Source: Candidatus Iainarchaeum sp. (GTDB taxonomy: Archaea; Iainarchaeota; Iainarchaeia; Iainarchaeales; CSSED10-239). Taken from it: a DNA stretch of 5,667 nt. A program made the translations under genes and the position numbers. The stretch is from the NCBI GenBank assembly GCA_028700905.1, contig JAQVRT010000043.1, forward strand, positions 1 through 5,667. The letters are read 5' to 3'. The stretch's first letter is position 1. Each line of letters starts with the position of its first letter. This document shows positions 1-5,415 of the stretch, in pieces. The notes under the pieces were generated by a model. The model ran no database searches and was not told where the DNA came from. It saw only the letters and a list, made by a program, of their open reading frames with translations.

Positions 1-130
1 TGATTCTAAAAATGAAACCTCTTGTAATAATTTATTTGCGGCGGGCGATGTTACTGGGAAAATACCTCAAATTATAAGTTGTCATGGAGATGGATCAAAT
101 GCAATCTATTGGATACAAAAAAGAATTTAA
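1..130 (+). CDS. 3' end (last 42 codons, frame starting at nt 2) of a thioredoxin-reductase-like FAD-dependent pyridine nucleotide-disulfide oxidoreductase; 5' part lies outside the window
   Basis: Frame 2 translates to DSKNETSCNNLFAAGDVTGKIPQIISCHGDGSNAIYWIQKRI, with stop TAA at 128-130. LFAAGDV is the C-terminal FAD-binding (G)xFAAGDV motif. The following Q-I-x-x-x-x-GDG-x-x-A resembles the TrxB C-terminal RQ-x-x-x-x-x-GxGCxAA region. Confidence 0.6.
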   Translation, partial: DSKNETSCNNLFAAGDVTGKIPQIISCHGDGSNAIYWIQKRI

Positions 131-207
131 TACCATATTTAATTTTAATGTAAATATAGATAGTATTATTAAAGGAGAAGCAAAATTATTTTAATAATTG
201 TGATTTT

Positions 208-495
208 ATGACTAAAATTATTGCTTATATATATACATTAATTGGATTAATTATAGGAATGTTGGATTGGATTTCTGGATTTAAATTTTCTTTAATTACT
301 TTTGGTGGAGTAAAATGTGCTTTAGAAGGATCAGTAGATTGTGTAGCTAGTTTTATAGAAAAAATAATTGTTTTTACAATAAATTCTGCGATTTGGCCTT
401 TATTATTGTTAAATTGGATAGTTAATAATTTTGTATTAGTAATAATTTTAATTATAATTGTAATAGTTTTAATTATATATTTTAAATTTAAATGA
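208..495 (+). CDS. hypothetical small hydrophobic (membrane) protein, 95 aa
   Basis: Supplied ORF. There are two or three long hydrophobic segments (IIAYIYTLIGLIIGML, AIWPLLLLNWIV, FVLVIILIIIVIVLIIYF). GTGAT (200-204), a fragment of the archaeal GGAGGTGAT Shine-Dalgarno, sits 3 nt before the ATG. A TAAATATA box lies at 151-158. I recognise no family. Confidence 0.5.
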   Translation: MTKIIAYIYTLIGLIIGMLDWISGFKFSLITFGGVKCALEGSVDCVASFIEKIIVFTINSAIWPLLLLNWIVNNFVLVIILIIIVIVLIIYFKFK

Positions 496-565
496 GCGCT
501 TTTGACTTTTAGTTAAATTCCCGCCAGAAGCTTTTAACCAGTTTTGCTCTTGTTCACGCGCAATG

Positions 566-580
566 TTTTTTCTTTTTCTT
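566..580 (+). terminator. T-rich tract (TTTTTTCTTTTTCTT), candidate archaeal-type oligo-T terminator for + strand transcription through 208-563
   Basis: It lies in the convergent intergenic gap, downstream of the 208-495 ORF and of the GC-enriched island. Archaeal RNA polymerase terminates at oligo-T runs. Confidence 0.35.
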
Positions 581-587
581 ATAGAAA

Positions 588-1355
588 TTAAGCTTTTCTA
601 AACCATAAATACCCAATTGTAATTAAAAATAAAGCAATACAAATAGATGCAGCAGTAATTATTTCAGGATATTGATTATTAAAACCAAGAACACTTGTAT
701 GCTTAATAATAATCCCAAAATATGCCCATGCAAAAACTAAAATATAAGCAATATCTTTATTTCTAATACTGGTTAAAATACCAATAATAGTTCCTACTAA
801 AAGAATAGCAATTGTCCAAATACTTTCACTAACACCAAAGCCACTCCACCCAAAACTAACAAGTAAAGCTGTAAAGTTTGCAATTGTTGCAACTGTTATC
901 CATCCAAAGTAAATACTGAATGGAAGGGATAAAAAGAAAAAGTCTTTAAACTTATTTTTTCTTATAAGTAAATTAATTTTAATTAAACAAAACAATATAC
1001 CTAGCATAAAGATTATAGATACCCATAATAAACCATAATGCCAAGAAAAGATCCATAATGCATTAAAAACAGAACTTATAATAAAATAAATACTTATCTT
1101 GTTTAATAATTTATCTTCTTTTAAACTAATTTTTTTAAAAGTTCCAAATTGATATAAAACAAATAAGCCTAATAACAAATAAATTATACCCCATATAGAA
1201 AAAGTAATTCCTGCAGGTGCAAATAAGTTAGGATAAAGGTCAGAAACTGCTCCTGTATCAATGTTATTTATTGGTAGGGCATTAGCTAAATAATTAACAA
1301 TAATCATTACTATATAAGCTAAAGCTACAGATATTTTTCTTAATATAAAATTCAT
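588..1355 (-). CDS. Trp-rich polytopic membrane protein, distant TspO/MBR-like (tryptophan-rich sensory protein-like), 255 aa
   Basis: The supplied ORF contains 10 Trp, nearly all within predicted TM helices. The N-terminal block NYLANALPINNIDTGAVSDLYPNLFAPAGITFSIWGIIYLLLG matches, from memory, the conserved block of the long TspO/MBR-family proteins of Firmicutes and methanogens. It also echoes the classical TspO PPxxxFxxVWxxLY motif. The family assignment is from recall, not a search. Confidence 0.6.
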   Translation of the reverse strand: MNFILRKISVALAYIVMIIVNYLANALPINNIDTGAVSDLYPNLFAPAGITFSIWGIIYLLLGLFVLYQFGTFKKISLKEDKLLNKISIYFIISSVFNALWIFSWHYGLLWVSIIFMLGILFCLIKINLLIRKNKFKDFFFLSLPFSIYFGWITVATIANFTALLVSFGWSGFGVSESIWTIAILLVGTIIGILTSIRNKDIAYILVFAWAYFGIIIKHTSVLGFNNQYPEIITAASICIALFLITIGYLWFRKA

Positions 1356-1377
1356 AATTATTTATTAAACCAAAACA

Positions 1378-1385
1378 TATTTATA
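1378..1385 (-). promoter_or_regulatory. candidate TATA box (TATAAATA on the - strand) for the TspO-like gene; predicts a leaderless or near-leaderless mRNA
   Basis: The box centre is about 26-27 nt upstream of the start-codon A at 1355, which matches the usual archaeal TATA-to-TSS spacing. Confidence 0.35.
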
Positions 1386-1437
1386 TCTTGTTTATTTTTT
1401 CTTAAAAATATTATTCTTCAAATAAAATACATCTCTA

Positions 1438-1445
1438 TTTATATT
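1438..1445 (+). promoter_or_regulatory. candidate TATA box (TTTATATT) for the Nudix gene; predicts a TSS near 1468
   Basis: The box centre is about 27 nt upstream of the second in-frame ATG (1468) but ends only 5 nt before the first ATG (1450). The same octamer occurs upstream of the tRNA pair (5369-5376). Confidence 0.35.
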
Positions 1446-1449
1446 TTTT

Positions 1450-1920
1450 ATGTTCTATTTTTTAATTATGCCTACAAATAAAGCTGTAAAAGCAATAATC
1501 TTTAATGAAGATAAACAAATGTTAATTTTGAAAAGAACTCCTCTCTACAAAAGAAAAGGAAAAATTAATGTTTCAAAAAAATATGCTCACTTAGATAAAA
1601 CAAATATATATGATCTTCCTGGTGGAAGACTTGAAATTAATGAAAATATAAAACTTGGTCTTAAAAGAGAAGTTTTTGAAGAAACTGGTCTTAAAATTAA
1701 AATCTTAAAAAAAATTAGTTCTTGGCAGTTTATTTCTTTAGATAATAAAAAAATCGAAGTTACTAATTTTCTTTGTGAAATAAATAAAAATACTTCAAAT
1801 AAAATAATCTTAAGTGAAGAACACGATAATTATAAATGGGTTGATCTTAAAAATATTAAAAGATATAATTTTAAAGATAAAAGTTTTTTTGAATTTTTAA
1901 AATATTTCTCTAAACAATAG
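1450..1920 (+). CDS. Nudix (MutT-family) hydrolase, 156 aa as the maximal ORF; the real start is possibly ATG 1468 (150 aa)
   Basis: There is a complete Nudix box, Gx5Ex7REUxEExGU, in GRLEINENIKLGLKREVFEETGL. Size and layout are typical of single-domain Nudix enzymes. The first six residues of the long form (MFYFLI) are hydrophobic and look non-native for a soluble enzyme. Confidence 0.85.
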   Translation: MFYFLIMPTNKAVKAIIFNEDKQMLILKRTPLYKRKGKINVSKKYAHLDKTNIYDLPGGRLEINENIKLGLKREVFEETGLKIKILKKISSWQFISLDNKKIEVTNFLCEINKNTSNKIILSEEHDNYKWVDLKNIKRYNFKDKSFFEFLKYFSKQ

Positions 1921-1925
1921 ATTTG

Positions 1926-1933
1926 TTTATAAA
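1926..1933 (+). promoter_or_regulatory. candidate TATA box (TTTATAAA) for the 1958-2779 gene; predicts a leaderless mRNA
   Basis: A consensus-like archaeal TATA octamer is centred about 28 nt upstream of ATG 1958. No Shine-Dalgarno lies in between. Confidence 0.45.
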
Positions 1934-1957
1934 TTAATTGCTACAAAGGTTATTTCT

Positions 1958-2779
1958 ATGTATTTCTATATTATTGAGTTTGTTATAATTATTTTATTTA
2001 TACTTACTATGATTCATTTTAAAAAAAATAAAAAATTTTTAATATTTTCATTTATCTTTGCATGCCTTTTTGAATTATTTGGAGTATTTATTTCAGGATA
2101 TCTCTATTCTAGTGATTTTTTATTAAATATTTATGGTGTTCCAATCTTTATAATTTTATCTTGGGTTATAATCTTAACCACATCTTATAATTTAATTTCA
2201 ACTATAACAAATCATAAATTAACAAAAGCTATTTTAGTTTCATTATCAGCAATTGCTTTAGATTTAGTTTTTGAAGCATCAGCTGTTTTCTTAGGTTTTT
2301 GGACTTGGAAAGTTACTGTTCCAAATATTTTAGTAAGTATTGATCCAGCTAATTTTATTGGATGGATGATTGTAAGTTTCTGTTTTGTTTATTTATATGA
2401 AATAAATTATAAAGCAGGGATTCTTTTTTCTTTTCCTTTTTATGTTTTTTTAGGAATTTCTTATAAAATTATATATGATTTAATTTTTAAAAATAGTAAT
2501 ATTGATCCTTTCTTCCCTTTCTTTCTTTTATTTACCATTTTATTTATTTTAGGTATTTACTTATTATATAAGAATTATAAGTTTTCTAAAAATAATCTCT
2601 GGTGGTATTCTTTTCTTTTAAGGGTGCCTTTTTTAATATTTGGAATTTTCTTTTCAATTAAATTTAAATTATTTATTGATAATTATATTCTTTTGTTTAT
2701 TGTTATGGGTCTTTTAATTGAGATAGTCTTCTTATACCTTAGTTTCTCTTATAAATACAATAAATTAACTAATATATGA
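1958..2779 (+). CDS. polytopic membrane protein, probable DUF422 / carotenoid-biosynthesis-protein (CruF-like, PF04240) family, 273 aa
   Basis: The supplied ORF has about 7-8 TM segments. The blocks ELFGVFISGYLY...YGVPIFIILSWVII, LDLVFEASAVFLGFWTW and PANFIGWMIV resemble, from memory, the family pattern E..G..(F)G.Y.Y / (V)P....L.W / D...(D/E)......G.W.W / (P)..NF.GW. The canonical PFG and DP residues are not conserved, so the assignment is tentative. Confidence 0.45.
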   Translation: MYFYIIEFVIIILFILTMIHFKKNKKFLIFSFIFACLFELFGVFISGYLYSSDFLLNIYGVPIFIILSWVIILTTSYNLISTITNHKLTKAILVSLSAIALDLVFEASAVFLGFWTWKVTVPNILVSIDPANFIGWMIVSFCFVYLYEINYKAGILFSFPFYVFLGISYKIIYDLIFKNSNIDPFFPFFLLFTILFILGIYLLYKNYKFSKNNLWWYSFLLRVPFLIFGIFFSIKFKLFIDNYILLFIVMGLLIEIVFLYLSFSYKYNKLTNI

Positions 2780-2790
2780 AATAGATTTCA

Positions 2791-2798
2791 TTTATAAA
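2791..2798 (+). promoter_or_regulatory. candidate TATA box (TTTATAAA) for the DoxX-like gene; a leadered mRNA with Shine-Dalgarno AGAGGT at 2838-2843
   Basis: The octamer is identical to those at 1926-1933 and 4141-4148. The predicted TSS near 2822 leaves a leader of about 30 nt. That leader contains AGAGGT, which ends 8 nt before ATG 2852. Confidence 0.4.
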
Positions 2799-2851
2799 CA
2801 TTCCTTTTCATAATTATATATATTTAATAAATTTTTAAGAGGTATGTAAAT

Positions 2852-3217
2852 ATGAATGCAAATAAACAGAAAAAAGTTAATTTTTTAATTAAAATTAATA
2901 CTTATTTTTTAGCTGCTTTAATGCTTTATGCAGGAATAAACAAATTATTTATCAATGGAATTGATGGTGTAATTGGTATGCTTACTAATGCAGGTTTCTT
3001 TTTACCAGTATTTTTAGCGTGGGTTTTAGTAATTGCAGAAATCGGTTCAGGTATTATGCTTTTTACTGGTTTTTATAAAAAGTATGTTGTTTTAGTTCCA
3101 GCATTTATTATGCTTGTAATTACTTTCACAATTGCTTTTGGTAATTGGCAAAGTATGATACAACATTTATTGTTAGCATCTAATTATTTACTTATAGGAT
3201 GTATTTCCTCTAAGTAA
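2852..3217 (+). CDS. DoxX-family small membrane protein, 121 aa
   Basis: It has four TM segments. The N-terminal LMLYAGINKLF matches the DoxX h-h-h-x-G-x-x-K-h motif. The central LAWVLVIAEIGSGIMLFTGFYKKYVVLVPAFIMLV matches the DoxX A..hh..E..GG.hLhhG...R..A..L...M pattern. Confidence 0.55.
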   Translation: MNANKQKKVNFLIKINTYFLAALMLYAGINKLFINGIDGVIGMLTNAGFFLPVFLAWVLVIAEIGSGIMLFTGFYKKYVVLVPAFIMLVITFTIAFGNWQSMIQHLLLASNYLLIGCISSK

Positions 3218-3232
3218 TTTTTTCTTTTTTTT
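3218..3232 (+). terminator. oligo-T tract TTTTTTCTTTTTTTT immediately after the DoxX-like stop codon; candidate archaeal terminator
   Basis: A 15-nt T run with one C begins 1 nt after TAA 3215-3217 and fills the 13-nt convergent gap to the MscS gene stop. Confidence 0.4.
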
Positions 3233-4073
3233 ATTTAAAAATATTAATTATTAGTTCAATTATTTTATTTCTATTTTCAGTTCTTTTATCATATTCTGAA
3301 ATTAAATATGTTGTAATATATAGATTTCCATCAATATTTTCAAGATATGGTTTTTTATAAATATTTACAAAATTAATCTTGTTGTTTAATATTTCTATTT
3401 TTTTATTAAGATCTTTAACATTTGATTTTATTGTCATTGAGACTTTAAAAGGCACTTTTCTATTTCCATAATTATAAATTGCTTTATCTATAAATATTTT
3501 GTTTGGTATTTTTATAAAATCATCATAACTTTCAGGAGTACTATCTAAATGCACATAAAAAATACCTATATGTTTTACATTTCCTTCTTCTTCTCCAATT
3601 TTAATATTGTCTCCAATTCTAAAAGGTTTTTTAATTAATAATATAAACCATACAAAAAAAGATAATAAGACTTCTCTTAAGGCAAATGCAAGTCCTGTCG
3701 CAAGTAATCCTGATATTAATGCAATATTTTGAATTGTAACTCCTATTTTCCAAAGTACAAATGCTGTTGCAAGAAGATATATCATAAAACTATATACTTT
3801 TTCAATAATTAATTTAGTTTCAATATCTTCTTCTTTTATAAACTTTATAGACCAAGAACTTGTAAATTGAATAATTACAGAAGCTATAAAATATGAGCTT
3901 ATAATCACAGCTAATGTTTTTAATATATTTATTATTGCTATTGATAATGAAATTAAATTATAGCTATCAATTAATATTAATGAAATAAATAATATTAATA
4001 TTGCCCCAAATATTAGTATAGTTTTGTTTAATAATTTATTATTTTTTGCTTTAAACATTTTCTTTTTAATCAT
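3231..4073 (-). CDS. small-conductance mechanosensitive ion channel, MscS family, 280 aa
   Basis: N-terminal TM helices are followed by the MscS signature region GLLATGLAFALREVLLSFFVWFILLIKKPFRIGDNIKIGEEEGNVKHIGIFYVHLDS...IKIPNKIF. This contains PF.(I/V)GD.I.IG...G.V..I....T.L and IPN. GTGAT (complement of 4079-4083) lies 5 nt upstream of the ATG. Confidence 0.85.
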   Translation of the reverse strand: MIKKKMFKAKNNKLLNKTILIFGAILILFISLILIDSYNLISLSIAIINILKTLAVIISSYFIASVIIQFTSSWSIKFIKEEDIETKLIIEKVYSFMIYLLATAFVLWKIGVTIQNIALISGLLATGLAFALREVLLSFFVWFILLIKKPFRIGDNIKIGEEEGNVKHIGIFYVHLDSTPESYDDFIKIPNKIFIDKAIYNYGNRKVPFKVSMTIKSNVKDLNKKIEILNNKINFVNIYKKPYLENIDGNLYITTYLISEYDKRTENRNKIIELIINIFK

Positions 4074-4140
4074 TTATTATCACATAAATATTATCTACTG
4101 ATTAGTTTAAAAACTATTATTTTTTATTTTAAAAAATCTA

Positions 4141-4148
4141 TTTATAAA
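4141..4148 (+). promoter_or_regulatory. candidate TATA box (TTTATAAA) for the FKBP/SlyD-like gene; Shine-Dalgarno GGAGTTGAT at 4178-4186
   Basis: The octamer is preceded by an A-rich BRE-like stretch (AAAAAATC). The predicted TSS near 4171 lies upstream of a near-consensus GGAGGTGAT-type SD, which ends 5 nt before ATG 4192. Confidence 0.45.
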
Positions 4149-4191
4149 CCTTTAGAAATATAATTATTTTATAAAACGGAGTTGATATTTT

Positions 4192-4785
4192 ATGGTTGTA
4201 AAACAAAATGATTGGATTGAAGTTGAATATACCGGAAAGCTTAAAGACGGTAATGTTTTTGATACTTCAAAGGGAAGAGAAACCTTAAAGTTTAAGGTTG
4301 GAACTGGTATGGTTATTCCTGGTTTTGATGCAGCTGTAATAGGTATGGATGAAAATACTGATAAAGATTTTACTATTCCTTTTGCAGAAGCTTATGGACC
4401 AAAAAACACAGAAGCAGTTGAAATCCCTAAGACATCTTTTAAAGATGTTGCAAATTTAGAGAAGGGTAAAAGTTATAATTTTATGACAGATATGGGTCTT
4501 ATAAAAATAGATGTTGAAGAAGTTTTAGATGAAAAAATTAAAGCTACAGTAAATCATCCTTTAGCTGGTGAAGATTTAACTTTTGAAATAAAACTTGTAA
4601 AAATTTTATCTCCAGAAGAAGCTAAATCTTATGAAGATGCATTAATTGCTCAACATAAAAATCATGAACATACTCATTCTCATCAAGAAGGTTCTTGTGC
4701 ATGCGGAGATCCTGATTGTGAATGTGATGATGATTGTGATTGTTCTAGTTCAGATGATGATTGTGGTTGTGGACACGATCATTAG
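4192..4785 (+). CDS. slyD: FKBP-type peptidyl-prolyl cis-trans isomerase of the SlyD type (FKBP core plus insert-in-flap chaperone domain) with a C-terminal His/Cys/Asp-rich metal-binding tail, 197 aa
   Basis: The protein is collinear with E. coli SlyD. This includes N-terminal VEYTGKLKDGNVFDTS, GxGxxIPGFDAAVxGM, AYGP, a roughly 50-aa insert, and C-terminal VNHPLAGEDLTFEIKLVKI (SlyD: GNHMLAGQNLKFNVEVVAI). The tail (residues 155-197) is HKNHEHTHSHQEGSCACGDPDCECDDDCDCSSSDDDCGCGHDH. Confidence 0.9.
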   Translation: MVVKQNDWIEVEYTGKLKDGNVFDTSKGRETLKFKVGTGMVIPGFDAAVIGMDENTDKDFTIPFAEAYGPKNTEAVEIPKTSFKDVANLEKGKSYNFMTDMGLIKIDVEEVLDEKIKATVNHPLAGEDLTFEIKLVKILSPEEAKSYEDALIAQHKNHEHTHSHQEGSCACGDPDCECDDDCDCSSSDDDCGCGHDH

Positions 4786-4812
4786 TTATTTAAATATAAA
4801 TAGGATGTATTT

Positions 4813-5358
4813 ATGAATAAGTTTCTATATTTATTTAGAAAGTTTTCTGCATATATCTTATTTATTTCTACTTTACTTTCTTTTATTTTTTCAGATAATG
4901 AATTTTTAAGTATTTTATTTGTATCAATTGCTTTTGTTGCTTTTTTTAAAATAAATATTTTTGAATTATTTAAGAATAAAAGATATTTATCAAAATTAGA
5001 ATTATTTTTTTCAATTTTATTATTTGTAAAAGTAATTTTATTATTTGATGTAAATATATTTTATAAATATTTAAGTTATTTTTTTGGTTTATTTTTTTTA
5101 ATAGTTTATTTTTTATTTTTCTCAAATACACAAAATATGAATACAAATATTTTAGGTGTGAAAAAAGATTCTAACTCTCAAGAAGAAGATTTTGAAAATA
5201 ATAATTTTGAAGATGATCAAGACTATGATGATGATTCTCAAGAAATAAAAGAAGATTCTGATTTTCAATTAGAAGATGATTTTCAAGAAGATGAAGATGA
5301 TTTTCAAGAAGATGAAGATGATTTAGACGAAAATGAGGATATTTCTAAAAAACATTAA
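4813..5358 (+). CDS. hypothetical membrane protein: about 4 N-terminal TM helices plus an extremely acidic, Phe-punctuated C-terminal tail, 181 aa
   Basis: In the supplied ORF, residues 12-103 are almost entirely hydrophobic. Residues 123-176 contain 32 Asp/Glu out of 54, with recurring (D/E)DF(Q/E) units. AGGA (4802-4805) lies 7 nt before the ATG, and the gene starts 27 nt after the slyD-like stop. I recognise no family. Confidence 0.55.
   Translation: MNKFLYLFRKFSAYILFISTLLSFIFSDNEFLSILFVSIAFVAFFKINIFELFKNKRYLSKLELFFSILLFVKVILLFDVNIFYKYLSYFFGLFFLIVYFLFFSNTQNMNTNILGVKKDSNSQEEDFENNNFEDDQDYDDDSQEIKEDSDFQLEDDFQEDEDDFQEDEDDLDENEDISKKH
5272..5325 (+). repeat. in-frame 21-bp tandem repeat, about 2.5 copies (GAAGATGATTTTCAAGAAGAT x2, then GAAGATGATTTA), encoding EDDFQED-EDDFQED-EDDL
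   Basis: Copies at 5272-5292 and 5293-5313 are identical, with a partial third copy at 5314-5325. A degenerate earlier unit (GAAGATTCTGATTTTCAATTA) sits at 5251-5271. Confidence 0.9.
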
Positions 5359-5368
5359 AAATAATTCC

Positions 5369-5376
5369 TTTATATT
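5369..5376 (+). promoter_or_regulatory. candidate TATA box (TTTATATT) driving the tRNA-Leu / tRNA-Glu pair
   Basis: The box is centred about 27 nt upstream of position ~5400, giving a 5' leader of about 15 nt before the mature tRNA-Leu 5' end at 5416. No comparably placed box exists for tRNA-Glu, because its spacer is only 16 nt. Confidence 0.35.
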
Positions 5377-5415
5377 TTTTTTGCTTCTATATTATATTAT
5401 ACTTGTTATAAAAAA

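Noticed and set aside
496-600. Minus-strand reading frame across the GC-rich island (..IAREQEQNWLKASGGNLTKSQKRSFKFKIYN) as a small protein gene
   Set aside because: There is no ATG, GTG or TTG start between the upstream in-frame stop and the peptide. It would also overlap the stop region of the 208-495 gene. It is kept only as a possible remnant under the island finding.
1450-1920. Whether the Nudix protein could be a type 1 isopentenyl-diphosphate isomerase (a Nudix-fold enzyme), which would fit the TspO/CruF-like neighbours
   Set aside because: The protein has a canonical, complete Nudix hydrolase box. It lacks the IDI-1 hallmark Cys-containing (TNxCCSHP-like) and WGEHE-like motifs, so it is a hydrolase-type Nudix.
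2844-2849. Minimal start-stop ORF (ATG TAA) within the Shine-Dalgarno/spacer region of the DoxX-like gene
   Set aside because: ATG and TAA are both very frequent by chance at this base composition, and nothing else suggests a regulatory uORF.
4787-4796. Perfect 10-bp palindrome TATTTAAATA between the slyD-like gene and the acidic-tail gene
   Set aside because: All-A/T palindromes are expected by chance in this composition. The most economical reading is a TATA-like element, not a protein-binding dyad or mobile-element end.
4805-4816. Three-codon uORF (ATG TAT TTA TGA) whose stop overlaps the start of the 4813 gene in an ATGA arrangement
   Set aside because: It looks like a translational-coupling motif, but it is too short and too AT-rich to distinguish from chance, and it overlaps the putative SD AGGA.
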